Counted from the stretch's first letter, positions 21,401 to 29,947 are shown. The stretch: 32,000 bases of DNA from Candidatus Methylomirabilis oxygeniifera (GCA_000091165.1 FP565575.1:210001-242000); one strand, 5' to 3'. Program-made: numbers and translations. Notes: generated by a model from the letters alone, not told the origin.

Positions 21401-22811
21401 GATCGCGGGATATCATGCGCTCTATGTGTCCTCGGATATCGGTGTTCGCAAGGATACCGGAGAGTTGTACCGGTTAATGCTGGAACGGGAACGGATTGCC
21501 CCGGACGAACTCCTGATGGTGGGCGATAACGAACACTCTGATGTGCAGGTCCCGATGAATGTCGGAATTCAAGTATGCCACGTGTTGCGGCCGATCGAAG
21601 TTGCCAGGGCATTGCCGAGATTCTCCGGGATGATCGAATGGACTCGAACGGAAGGAGGTCTGGACGAACAGTTGGTATTGGGTCTGGTGATCAAACGACT
21701 GTTTCAGCCGGTCTTTTATGAGCAATTTGATCCTGCCCGTCTGATTCCCGGTGAGCCGGAGGATATTGGCTATGGCGTCGTCGGTCCAGTCGCCCTGAGT
21801 TTCTGTGTATGGTTGATGGACCGGGCAAAAGCGGACGGCATCGAAAAACTGTATTTCCTCGCCCGCGAGGGCCAGTTGCTCAAAGAGATCTACGATCGGG
21901 TCGCGATGCACCGCGAGGATGCCATCCCCTCCGAGTACCTTGTGTTATCCAGGCGCGCCGTCACGGTGCCGATGATCGAGTCGTTCGACGACATTTGCAG
22001 GATCGCCAAAGCCTCCGAGTACTTTCCGAACGACCTGAAGGCATTCTTCAGGTACCGATATGGGGTGCTGTTGGATGATCACGATGTCCATGAACTCTGT
22101 CGGAAGGGGCTCTGGCAGACTGGACGTTTGGTGGAGGTGAAAGGCGATATTCGCCACCTGAAGCCGGTGCTGGAAGCACTCATGGAGAAGATTACGGCCC
22201 GCAGCCGCGCAGAGCGTCCCAGCCTAATCGCCTATTTGAACCGTGTCGGACTCCATACGACGTCGGCGGTGGCGGTTGTCGACGTCGGCTATTCGGCGAC
22301 CATCCAGGGTATGCTGTCCGGGTTCCTGCATAAACCGATTCACGGCTTCTACATGCTCACATCCGCAGCGTCGCGGGAGGTCTGCGAACGGTACGGCGTG
22401 TTCGCGCACGGCTACTACGGGAGTCGGATCGCCGGCGGCGATCCCAACATATCCCCTCTCTGGCGAAGGAGCTTTGAGCTGGAGACCTTTTTGAGCTCCG
22501 ACGACCCCCAAGTCATCTGTTATGATCTGGGCACCGAGGGCCAACCTCATGCGGCGCACCAAAGCCTGTTGCCCGGCGAACAAGGGTCTTCGGACATACG
22601 GCGCAAGATTCGTCGTGGCGTCTCCTCGTTTGTCGACGACTTCCTTGCGCTGCAGCGCAACGTCTATCCGGACCTCAGGTTGTCGTCGCGTCTCCCCGAA
22701 ATGCTGTTCGGGGAGTTTGTCGAGCACATGTCAGGGGCGGAACGGGAGATGATATCGGGTCTCGTCCTGGATGATCACTATTGTGGACGCGGTACGGTTC
22801 CGCTTGGTTGA
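18429..22811 (+). CDS. 1460-aa multidomain glycan synthase: GT4, coiled coil, RgpF-like rhamnan synthesis domain, atypical HAD-like (COG5610-type) module
   Basis: aa 1-410 are GT4 (LQIVHGFPPE..., ESYSFTIDE E-x7-E motif). aa 430-490 are a heptad/hendecad-rich helix. aa about 590-820 are RgpF-like (HAHAYYPDL, NRGRDIAP, HTKKS, GSMFWAR, DGSLAHCIERL). aa about 860-1460 begin FDIFDTLLVRP with GDNEHSDV further on, and are paralogous to 25250-27244. Confidence 0.8.
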   Translation: MRTLQIVHGFPPESVAGTETYCETLSRYLLARGHQCEVLTGSGRRTAKAILAVEVQNGLRVARYLRTEGQAQTWRDEYDPEAEALIRDLLSRDRPDLVHLHHWHRLTNNLVTICTDLGIPVVVTLHDVWTTCPRIHRIHREGVFCKEPLLTAPCLHCVERTQWQTDQEVVAALALRQQMVEAELSLASALIVPSEAHRSLLRELLELPENRLIVLPHGSSQTIIAQDRRKQPSAFRNRPLQIGHWGYFLYHKGTHLLLEALHRLDDPSAVQVHLIGTALESAYGERLRDLARGLSVQFHGAYQPADLRTFDLDLAVFPSITSESYSFTIDEALWLGLPVLVSDRGALSERIGKAGLTFRAEDAEDLARCLQRILDAPEALEAMRLDIRLDTLLSMEAHVAGLEKIYEDAVCLNVPRLKTSTPYLKLLANARQQIQERDAALSAAHAERDAALSAAHAELARAEQAIQQKDTDLQQVQRTVERLDAEARHYRESLEAIVSSTVWKLTAPIRWLRHPIRALPGKDRFAIDFAHLKVTLRKAYFYHRKIGLRATVRRIIVELRSLHTKARGPALCSSELLNIHDIYPMPGDISSRIAVHAHAYYPDLTKELASYLKNMPFAFDLFVSVSNDEARDVCRQAFAGLPQARRVIVDVVANRGRDIAPMVCHFGGRLATYDYICHLHTKKSMYAQGKMDGWLEYLLRQLMGSEDQVRRIFSMFQSDPRAGIIYPQNYEYLPYWGNTWLSNKALGAQMCRQMGITDVPEGYFDYPAGSMFWARSEAIRNLFSADIRLTDFPEEAGQTDGSLAHCIERLLVLVARHAGYKPFILADPLSPSWSKWRFDRYMARTRDYVKTALEAKDIKVIAFDIFDTLLVRPVLHPETAKTIIGHRNREMAGTDFAGLRAKAEALARSRVGRDVGLEDIYAEFASLTGKQVDEVGYLRTLEEEIERHLVSPRPECIDMFNHAIRSGKRVVLASDMFLPRPIIEKMLSENGIAGYHALYVSSDIGVRKDTGELYRLMLERERIAPDELLMVGDNEHSDVQVPMNVGIQVCHVLRPIEVARALPRFSGMIEWTRTEGGLDEQLVLGLVIKRLFQPVFYEQFDPARLIPGEPEDIGYGVVGPVALSFCVWLMDRAKADGIEKLYFLAREGQLLKEIYDRVAMHREDAIPSEYLVLSRRAVTVPMIESFDDICRIAKASEYFPNDLKAFFRYRYGVLLDDHDVHELCRKGLWQTGRLVEVKGDIRHLKPVLEALMEKITARSRAERPSLIAYLNRVGLHTTSAVAVVDVGYSATIQGMLSGFLHKPIHGFYMLTSAASREVCERYGVFAHGYYGSRIAGGDPNISPLWRRSFELETFLSSDDPQVICYDLGTEGQPHAAHQSLLPGEQGSSDIRRKIRRGVSSFVDDFLALQRNVYPDLRLSSRLPEMLFGEFVEHMSGAEREMISGLVLDDHYCGRGTVPLG
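19734..19799 (+). repeat. Tandem 33-bp duplication in the coiled-coil segment (ERDAALSAAHA x2)
   Basis: gagcgcgacgcggcgttatcggcagctcacgcc at 19734-19766 is repeated at 19767-19799 with 32/33 identity. It is in frame. Confidence 0.95.
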
Positions 22812-22838
22812 AGACGGGTCAGCGGGTGACCGTTGAGA

Positions 22839-24149
22839 ATGATGATACAATCTGCTCCCAAAGTCAGCGTGATTGTTCCGCTCTATAATCACGAGTTGTA
22901 TGTAGAGGAAGCACTCCGTTCCGTCCTGGAACAGTCCTTCCGGGATCTTGAGCTCGTCATCGTCAATGACGGCTCAACGGACGGCTCCGAGGCTGTTGTC
23001 GAACGCATCGATGATCGGCGCATACGATACTATAGGCAGGAGAATCGAGGGGCTCATGATGCGTTAAACAGGGGCATCGGCTTGGGCCCGGGGGGCTATA
23101 TTGCCATCCTCAACTCGGATGATCTCTATTACCCGGGACGAATTGCGGACGCGCTGAATATCTTGGAGCGTGATCCTGAGGTCTCAGCAGTCTTCACCTA
23201 CATTGAGCTGATTAACGCGCAGGGTGAGTCGTTAGGGGTCAAACGAGGCGCCGAGGACAACTGGTCCGGGCAAAGCGCTGAGAGCTCGTTTCGAGAGGAG
23301 CACGATACCGTACTTGATCTGCTGGCGGGGAACTTCCTTCATACCACCTCGAATCTGATCTGCCGAAGGGAGGTATTTGATCGAATCGGTCTCTTCGCGA
23401 ATCTCCGCTATACGCATGATTATGAGTTTTGCTTGCGACTCTGCGCGCGGTCCAGAGTCGCCATGATTCAGACCCCGTTGCTCAGGTATCGTTTCCATCA
23501 GTCCAACACGCTGAGCGAGGACGCCGCAGCCTCGCAGTTTGAAACGGGCATGGTTCTTGCGGATTTCTTCCTGACCTACGACGTGGGCAAGATGTTGGGA
23601 GAGGGACCACGGCGGTTTCAAAGGCTCGCTAAACTCTACAACTCGGTGCGAACGTATGAAACCGATCGGATCATCATACTGTTGCTTGTATTGGGCTTCA
23701 AGGGAAATTGGCAGGGCAAATTCTGGGAGGTATTTGCAGCCGATCAACAGAATCCGTTTAGAGAGGCCTGTATAGACAGTTTGACACACACACGCGACCT
23801 TTGTACCGTCAAGGAGACCCTCAGGTGGCAGCAGGGGCAGACGGAGCACTGGTGGGCAAGGGCGGAGGAATTACGGCACGCTCTCGAACAGCGCGAGATC
23901 GCCGTCGCGGAGTTCGATAAGCGGAGCCGAGAATCAGCGGAAGAGCTACGATGCGCGCTCGAACAGCGCGACACCGCTCTAGCGGAGCTTGAGGCGCGAA
24001 GTCGAGAACAGCATGCGCGCATCGAGGAGCTTCGGGCCAAAGAGGCCGTTCTCAACGAGGTTCTTGCGTCCCAGCAATGGAAGTGGCTCCAAAAACTGAA
24101 CAGGGTGCGCTCGGTCGTGCGCCGCGTGCGAGGCATAGGGCAGGCGTGA
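22839..24149 (+). CDS. Family 2 glycosyltransferase with a C-terminal coiled coil
   Basis: VSVIVPLYNHELYVEEALRSVLEQSF..LVIVNDGSTDGS...ILNSDDLY are GT2 motifs. The last 100 aa or so are a charged helical repeat. ATG at 22839 (TTG at 22833 is also possible). Confidence 0.85.
   Translation: MMIQSAPKVSVIVPLYNHELYVEEALRSVLEQSFRDLELVIVNDGSTDGSEAVVERIDDRRIRYYRQENRGAHDALNRGIGLGPGGYIAILNSDDLYYPGRIADALNILERDPEVSAVFTYIELINAQGESLGVKRGAEDNWSGQSAESSFREEHDTVLDLLAGNFLHTTSNLICRREVFDRIGLFANLRYTHDYEFCLRLCARSRVAMIQTPLLRYRFHQSNTLSEDAAASQFETGMVLADFFLTYDVGKMLGEGPRRFQRLAKLYNSVRTYETDRIIILLLVLGFKGNWQGKFWEVFAADQQNPFREACIDSLTHTRDLCTVKETLRWQQGQTEHWWARAEELRHALEQREIAVAEFDKRSRESAEELRCALEQRDTALAELEARSREQHARIEELRAKEAVLNEVLASQQWKWLQKLNRVRSVVRRVRGIGQA
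23862..24011 (+). repeat. Imperfect tandem 75-bp (25-aa) repeat in the coiled-coil tail
   Basis: AEELRHALEQREIAVAEFDKRSRES (23862-23936) and AEELRCALEQRDTALAELEARSREQ (23937-24011). Confidence 0.85.
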
Positions 24150-24264
24150 TCTCGATGCGGCCTTGCGACCTGCGAGACAGCTGTTCGGCAGCAGGCATGA
24201 TGGGACATAGGGGTCCCACCGATGGGAATCAGCGCGGGAACGCAGGAGAGGAGCAGGGGACAAC

Positions 24265-25170
24265 ATGATCCATCCGGCCGTAGCCATCATTACGAGGACG
24301 AAAGACAGGACGGTGCTTTTGCGGCGTGCCATCGAAAGCGTCCTGTCTCAAACCTTTCAGGACTGGATCATGGTAATCGTGAATGACGGCGGGGTGAGAG
24401 TGCCTGTAGATGAATTGGTTGAGGCGCAGCAGGATCGCTTCAGGGGTCGGTCCCGCGTGATCCATAACGAAACGTCTCTTGGGATGGAGGCCGCATCGAA
24501 CATCGGTCTCAAGGGATCGGAAAGCCGCTATGTCGTCATCCATGATGACGATGATTCGTGGCACCCGATGTTTCTGGAGCGATGCATCGGATTCCTTGGC
24601 ACGAATGCTTATCCTCGTATAGCGGGAGTCATCACCCACACACATCGAGTGCTGGAGCGGATCAAACATGATCGGGTCATCGTTGAGGGGAAAGAGCCAT
24701 TCAATACATGGTGTAAATCGGTGACGATCTATCGAATGGCGGCAGGAAATATCTTTCCGCCGATCTCCTTTATGTACGAGAGGCGGGTGCTTGAGCAGAT
24801 CGGCCACTACCGGGAAGATCTGCCGGTTCTGGGTGATTGGGAGTTCAATCTGAGGTTCATGAGGCGGTACGATATCTTCCTGATCCCTGAGGTATTGGCC
24901 TTCTATCATCATCGACTTGATGCAACAAGCGGTGTCTTCAGCAACTCGGTGATTGGAGCTAACGACAAACATCTGATCTACGATACCCTGTTACGGAATG
25001 AGCTGCTTCGTGAGGATCTCGATAATAACCGGATCGGAATCGGATATCTCACGAACATCAGTAAGAGCTTTGAACTCCTTTATGGTCAGTTATCGTCGAT
25101 CACTGATGTGATGGATCGTCTGAGGAGAATCCAGTGGCTCAAGCGACTTCTGAAGAAGGGGCTCAGGTAG
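24265..25170 (+). CDS. Family 2 glycosyltransferase
   Basis: VAIITRTKDRTVLLRRAIESVLSQTFQDWIMVIVNDGG...VVIHDDDDSW is GT-A with a DxD motif. Confidence 0.8.
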   Translation: MIHPAVAIITRTKDRTVLLRRAIESVLSQTFQDWIMVIVNDGGVRVPVDELVEAQQDRFRGRSRVIHNETSLGMEAASNIGLKGSESRYVVIHDDDDSWHPMFLERCIGFLGTNAYPRIAGVITHTHRVLERIKHDRVIVEGKEPFNTWCKSVTIYRMAAGNIFPPISFMYERRVLEQIGHYREDLPVLGDWEFNLRFMRRYDIFLIPEVLAFYHHRLDATSGVFSNSVIGANDKHLIYDTLLRNELLREDLDNNRIGIGYLTNISKSFELLYGQLSSITDVMDRLRRIQWLKRLLKKGLR

Positions 25171-25249
25171 CGTGAGTCCCGGATCCGCCTTCGGGCTGTT
25201 GTGTCAACGTCACCTGCCGATTCGGGATCGCCGGGGAAGGCTCTAAGCG

Positions 25250-27244
25250 ATGAATGAAAATATCCGTTCACTCGTAGAGCAGGCCGGGCATGTCTCCTTC
25301 GATGTCTTTGATACGGCGGTACTCCGGATCGTCAAAGAACCGGCCGATCTGTTCGATCTCGTTGAGGGGTGGTATAGGGCCACGGTTGGTCCTCTCACGT
25401 CTCGCTTCAGAGCGGTACGGGTCGAATCGGAAAGGTTGGCGAGAGAGCGGGCGTGGACGCGGAGCAGCCGCACCGAGATTACGCTGGACGACATCTACCA
25501 ATGTATGGAAGAGGGGTTCGGTGTGGCGCATGAGACGGCTGTGACGCTCAAGGATCTCGAGGTGGCGGCGGAGCTCAAGGGATGCACGAGGAACGACGAG
25601 ATCTATGCGATCTATCGCTATTGCCTTGATACGATGAGACCCGTTCTGTTCGTCTCAGATATGTATCTGCCATGCGAGGTAGTCCGACAGATCCTGCATC
25701 GGTGCGGCTATGAGCGGTTTCAGTATCTGTTTGTCTCGTCGGCCCTCGGGGCGACTAAGGCCTCAGGGAGCCTATACGAACACATCCTGAAAGAACTCGG
25801 CTGTCACCCTCAAGCAATCCTCCATATCGGAGATCATGACGATTCGGACGTCACCATGGCCCGGCGACACGGCCTGGCGACATACCGTTATGAGAAGTGC
25901 GGGGAAAGGGTGCGGCAGCTTGATCATCACAGACGCCATCGTCTGGAGCGGTGTGCGTCGCTCAGCGAGGGGGAGGGGTGTGTCGAGGCATCGATCTATG
26001 TGGCGACGGTCCTCCGCCGCCTGCTGGTGAACGGGTCGATCCGGCATGAGGGATCGGACGATCCGTTTTGGTACGAGTTCGGCTACATCTCTGCGGGTCC
26101 TCTCTTTTTCGGCTTTATCGGTTGGCTGCTCGCCCGTGCCGTTGAGGATCGGGTGGAGACGCTCTATTTCCTGTCGCGGGATGGACAGATCCTCAAGCGG
26201 GTGTACGATTACGTGTCGCCGTGGGTTGAGCATGCTCCTCCCTCGGAATACCTGTATGCCTCTCGAAGAGCCCTCAATGTACCCGCGATCACCGAACTCG
26301 ATGAGCGGACACTGGATTTCCTGGTCAGCGGAACCAGTATTCTGAGAGTGACCCAGTTCTTGGAGCGACTCGGACTTGACCCAAGCCTCTTCACAGGGGC
26401 TGTTCGAGAAGCCGGTTTCTCGGGCCTGGACCAGCGAGTGCGGACAGGGACCGATTATGTGAGATTGCGGACCCTCTTCAGATCGATCGCCGACGAGATC
26501 AGGCACGTTGCGGTGGGGGAGCGATCCATCCTCCTCGACTATTTCCGTCATGTAGGAATCCTTGAGAAAAAGCGAATCGGCATTGTGGATATCGGTTGGC
26601 ACGGGACCTTGCAAAACTCGATCAGCACGCTCCTCAGTCTGTCAGGGCGAAAGGCGGAAATCAGGGGATATTATCTGGGAACCTTCAGTCCGGCGAGGGC
26701 CATGTGTGAACGAGGGCAGGAGATGGCCGCGTACCTGTGTGAGTATGGTGAGCCGGAGTCTCGCCATGCGATGATCAAACTGTGCGTTGAGCTGTTCGAG
26801 TTTCTCCATCTTGCACCGCATGGGAGCGTGCTCCGGTTTGCTCGTCGTAACGGACATGTGGCGCCGGTACTGGAAGAGAACGACCTCGAAAAACCAAAGA
26901 TGGCAAAGTCCTGCGCTGTGCAGCGAGGCGCGTTGGATTTCGTCAAGGAATTTGGAGCGGTCTGGCAGCAGTTTCGCTTTCTGAACATGTCGCCTGATCT
27001 GGCGCTGCAGCCGTTGATGGAGGTTTTGCGGGATCCGACCGTGACGGAGGCCGTGAGGTTAGGTGATCTGGAGCATGCGGAAGGATTTGGGAATGTCTAT
27101 CAACAGCGATATATCGCCAAGCCTCCCGGAGCGCTGACGGCGTTGATCAATCCTCGAAGTCTAGTCGATCGATATCGGCAAGCCTTCTGGAAGACAGGGT
27201 ATATGAAGCGACTGCGGTCATTTGGTGGACTCGTTGGCGACTGA
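25250..27244 (+). CDS. Free-standing atypical HAD-like (COG5610-type) protein, 664 aa, function unknown
   Basis: SFDVFDTAVLR (D-x-x-D-T rather than D-x-D-x-T), SDMYLP, VSSALGATK, IGDHDDSDV. Colinear with aa 860-1460 of the 18429-22811 product (LYFLSRDGQILKRVYD / LYFLAREGQLLKEIYD; IVDIGWHGTLQ / VVDVGYSATIQ). Confidence 0.7.
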   Translation: MNENIRSLVEQAGHVSFDVFDTAVLRIVKEPADLFDLVEGWYRATVGPLTSRFRAVRVESERLARERAWTRSSRTEITLDDIYQCMEEGFGVAHETAVTLKDLEVAAELKGCTRNDEIYAIYRYCLDTMRPVLFVSDMYLPCEVVRQILHRCGYERFQYLFVSSALGATKASGSLYEHILKELGCHPQAILHIGDHDDSDVTMARRHGLATYRYEKCGERVRQLDHHRRHRLERCASLSEGEGCVEASIYVATVLRRLLVNGSIRHEGSDDPFWYEFGYISAGPLFFGFIGWLLARAVEDRVETLYFLSRDGQILKRVYDYVSPWVEHAPPSEYLYASRRALNVPAITELDERTLDFLVSGTSILRVTQFLERLGLDPSLFTGAVREAGFSGLDQRVRTGTDYVRLRTLFRSIADEIRHVAVGERSILLDYFRHVGILEKKRIGIVDIGWHGTLQNSISTLLSLSGRKAEIRGYYLGTFSPARAMCERGQEMAAYLCEYGEPESRHAMIKLCVELFEFLHLAPHGSVLRFARRNGHVAPVLEENDLEKPKMAKSCAVQRGALDFVKEFGAVWQQFRFLNMSPDLALQPLMEVLRDPTVTEAVRLGDLEHAEGFGNVYQQRYIAKPPGALTALINPRSLVDRYRQAFWKTGYMKRLRSFGGLVGD

Positions 27245-27337
27245 TCAGCAAAGGCCGCCGGCAAGGCATCCCGGTCGTGGCTTCCCGACATCAGGAGTTC
27301 CATTCCCCAACCTTCGGCTCCAACCCTGGAGGGTAGC

Positions 27338-28204
27338 ATGACGACGCTCCTGATCGGTGCCAATGGACAGTTGGGAAGCGAGTTGCGGCAGGCGTTCAGC
27401 GATGGTGATCTGGTGCCGCTGACGCATGCCGAGTTCGAACTGGCTGACCGGACGCAGGTGTGGGATATGTTGCGCAAGTATAGTCCACACCTCATCCTCA
27501 ATACCGCCGCCTATCATCGTGTCGATGAGTGCGAGGACTTCCCTGAGCGCGCATTTGCCGTCAACGCGATTGCGGTGAGGAATCTCGCCATCGCCACGAA
27601 GGAGATTGGGGCGACGCTCGTTCACTTCAGCACTGACTACGTCTTTGACGGACGAATGCGCACCCCGTACCGGGAAGCGGACCAGCCTCGGCCGCTGAGC
27701 GTCTACGCGACCTCGAAGCGTGCCGGCGAGTACTTCGTCCAGGCAATCCTTGAGCGGTATTACCTTATCCGAACCTGCGGGCTATACGGCGTGGCAGGCC
27801 GCTGCAACAAGACGGGAAATTTTGTCGAAACGATGCTTCGACTGGCAGCGGCCGGGCGTAAGATCGATGTGGTGGGAGATCAGATTGTTACCCCGACAAG
27901 CGCCAAGGAATTGGCGCATAAGGTCCGACGGTTAGTAGAAACCGACGCCTACGGGCTCTATCACATTACCAACAACGGCGAATGCTCCTGGTATCAGTTT
28001 GCCGGGGCAGTGTTTGAACTGTCCGGTGTCCAGGCCCATCTACATGAAACAACCAGCGCCGCCTTCGGCGCGCGCGCCGTCAGGCCGGCCTATTCGGTCC
28101 TGGAGAACGCGAATCTTCGCTCGCTCGGTCTCGATGATCTGCGGCACTGGCGCGACGCCCTTTCAGAGTATCTGACTGAACGCGGGCGGTTGCAAGCGGT
28201 CTGA
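27338..28204 (+). CDS. rfbD: dTDP-4-dehydrorhamnose reductase
   Basis: LLIGANGQLGSEL, NTAAYHRVDECE, FSTDYVFDG, YATSKRAGE (Y-x3-K). The length and motif order match RmlD. Confidence 0.85.
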   Translation: MTTLLIGANGQLGSELRQAFSDGDLVPLTHAEFELADRTQVWDMLRKYSPHLILNTAAYHRVDECEDFPERAFAVNAIAVRNLAIATKEIGATLVHFSTDYVFDGRMRTPYREADQPRPLSVYATSKRAGEYFVQAILERYYLIRTCGLYGVAGRCNKTGNFVETMLRLAAAGRKIDVVGDQIVTPTSAKELAHKVRRLVETDAYGLYHITNNGECSWYQFAGAVFELSGVQAHLHETTSAAFGARAVRPAYSVLENANLRSLGLDDLRHWRDALSEYLTERGRLQAV

Positions 28205-28224
28205 GACCAGCTGGTTCACGTTGC

Positions 28225-28253
28225 TTGACAGTCGCATACTTGAGTATTAGAGT
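28225..28253 (+). promoter_or_regulatory. Sigma70-like promoter of the VapBC module
   Basis: TTGACA (28225-28230), 17-nt spacer, TAGAGT (28248-28253). GAGGTGA lies upstream of ATG 28275. Confidence 0.45.
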
Positions 28254-28274
28254 GTGCGATGAGGTGATGCTATC

Positions 28275-28523
28275 ATGAGGACAACAATTGAGCTGACCGA
28301 CGACCAGCGGGCAAGACTTCTTGCGCTGGCAGCGAAACGACGGCTTCGTGGTTACTCGGTCTTGATTCACGAAGCCCTCGAACGGTACCTCGAAGAGACG
28401 CCGAACGGGGGGCGGGCGAGGGCAGCGGCCAGGGCTGCGCGGAAGGTGCGGGGCACGCTTTCGGAGAATGAGGCCGAACGGATGCGACAACGGATCGCGG
28501 AGCTGTGGAAGCGGTGGCGATAA
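28275..28523 (+). CDS. vapB: Ribbon-helix-helix type antitoxin
   Basis: MRTTIELTDDQRARLLALAAKRRLRGYSVLIHEALERYL is a CopG/RHH-like N-terminus. 82 aa. It overlaps the downstream PIN gene. Confidence 0.65.
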   Translation: MRTTIELTDDQRARLLALAAKRRLRGYSVLIHEALERYLEETPNGGRARAAARAARKVRGTLSENEAERMRQRIAELWKRWR

Positions 28524-28924
28524 GATTCGTTCTGGACAGCGATGTCATGATCGATCTGTTCGCCGGGCAGGAGCCGGCCGGCTCGGTCATTCCGAACCTG
28601 TTGGAGATGGAGCTGGCGGGTACAACAGCCGTCACAGCCTATGAGCTCTATTCCGGCGCTTCACGTGCGAGTGAACGGGAGTGGCTCGATGCCTTCCTAA
28701 CGACGCTCACGATTTTTCCTCTGGATACGCAGTCGGCGAGACGCGCCGGGGCCATCGATCTGTCGCTCAGGCGGCGTGGCGGGCCGATCAATCCCGGCGA
28801 TAATCTGATCGCCGGGATCTGCCTGACGCACGATCTCGCCCTAGTTACCCGGAATGTCAGCCACTTCCGTCGAATTGCCGATTTGAAGGTTGTTACACCG
28901 GCGGATCTGTTCGGGACGGGTTAA
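28505..28924 (+). CDS. vapC: PIN-domain ribonuclease toxin
   Basis: VLDSDVMIDL (first Asp), TAYELY (Glu), PGDNLIAG (Asp), VTRNVSHF. GTG start at 28505 or 28514. Confidence 0.75.
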   Translation: MEAVAIRFVLDSDVMIDLFAGQEPAGSVIPNLLEMELAGTTAVTAYELYSGASRASEREWLDAFLTTLTIFPLDTQSARRAGAIDLSLRRRGGPINPGDNLIAGICLTHDLALVTRNVSHFRRIADLKVVTPADLFGTG

Positions 28925-28950
28925 GGTGTTGTTGTGAGGGGGAAGACGTT

Positions 28951-29943
28951 GTGACTGATCCACGGGTGGCGGTGGGGATCATCAATTACGGCGACTATCG
29001 CCATCTTCCCGCCTGTCTGGACAGTATCAAGCGGCAGTCGCTTTCTCCCGCACGGATCATCCTGCTCGACAACCAGAGTCGCGCCGATGAGATCGGCCGC
29101 ATCGGCAGGGCCTACCCGGAGGCGCAGATTCTGTCGATGAGGGAGAACCTGGGGTACAGCGGCGGAGCGAATCGCATCATCCGGGAGGCGAATGAAGACG
29201 AGGATATCTTCCTGCTCAACCCCGATGTGGTGCTCGATCAGCGGCACCTGGAGGAACTGGTCCGGGCGATGCAATCGAATCCCGGCGCCGGCGCTGCGGG
29301 CGGCAAGCTCATGTTGGGCGATTCCCAAGTCGTTGGTGGACCGCGGGATGATGCACCGCGTCTCCTTGACACCACAGGCCACCTGATCTTCAGAACTCGG
29401 CGGATTATCGATCGGGGCCACGGTGAATCGGATGTGGGCCAGTATGACAGACCCGAGGAGATCTTTAGCGTCTGCGGGGCGGCGGTCCTCTACCGCCGGT
29501 CGATGCTCGAGGATGCCAGGATCGATGGGGAGTGTTTCGACGAGGACTTTTTTGCCTACAAGGAGGACGTCGATATCTGCTGGCGGGCTCAGTTGCTTGG
29601 ATGGACCGCTCTCTACCACCCGGCGGCGACCGCCTATCATCTGAGGGGATGGAAGCGCGGCGACAATCGGCGGCGCGTCCCCTGGCTCCGGAAATACCAT
29701 TCCTTTAAGAATCATGCGTTGATGATGATCAAGAATGAACTTCCGGCCCTGTTGCGGCGGGATTTGCTGCCGATTCTCTGGCTGGGGACGTGCGCCATGG
29801 CCTATGTGACCCTCGCGGAACCTGCTCTGTGGAAGTCGGTGTTGGATCTGAAGCGATATTGGCCGAGGGCTCGTCACAAGCGAGGTATCATCATGGCTCG
29901 CCGCCGCGCCTCAGCGGACCGGATGGGCCGCTGGTTCGTATAG
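28951..29943 (+). CDS. Family 2 glycosyltransferase (rhamnosyltransferase-like)
   Basis: VAVGIINYG...ILLDNQS...NLGYSGGANR...FLLNPDVVL...CGAAVLYRR...FFAYKEDVDICWR. Confidence 0.85.
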   Translation: MTDPRVAVGIINYGDYRHLPACLDSIKRQSLSPARIILLDNQSRADEIGRIGRAYPEAQILSMRENLGYSGGANRIIREANEDEDIFLLNPDVVLDQRHLEELVRAMQSNPGAGAAGGKLMLGDSQVVGGPRDDAPRLLDTTGHLIFRTRRIIDRGHGESDVGQYDRPEEIFSVCGAAVLYRRSMLEDARIDGECFDEDFFAYKEDVDICWRAQLLGWTALYHPAATAYHLRGWKRGDNRRRVPWLRKYHSFKNHALMMIKNELPALLRRDLLPILWLGTCAMAYVTLAEPALWKSVLDLKRYWPRARHKRGIIMARRRASADRMGRWFV

Positions 29944-29947
29944 GCGC

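Noticed and set aside
28921-29877. 318-aa ORF on the minus strand
   Set aside because: It lies entirely antisense to the GT2 gene at 28951-29943, which has clear GT2 motifs. The antisense translation is Arg/Pro-rich with no motifs, a typical shadow ORF in GC-rich DNA.
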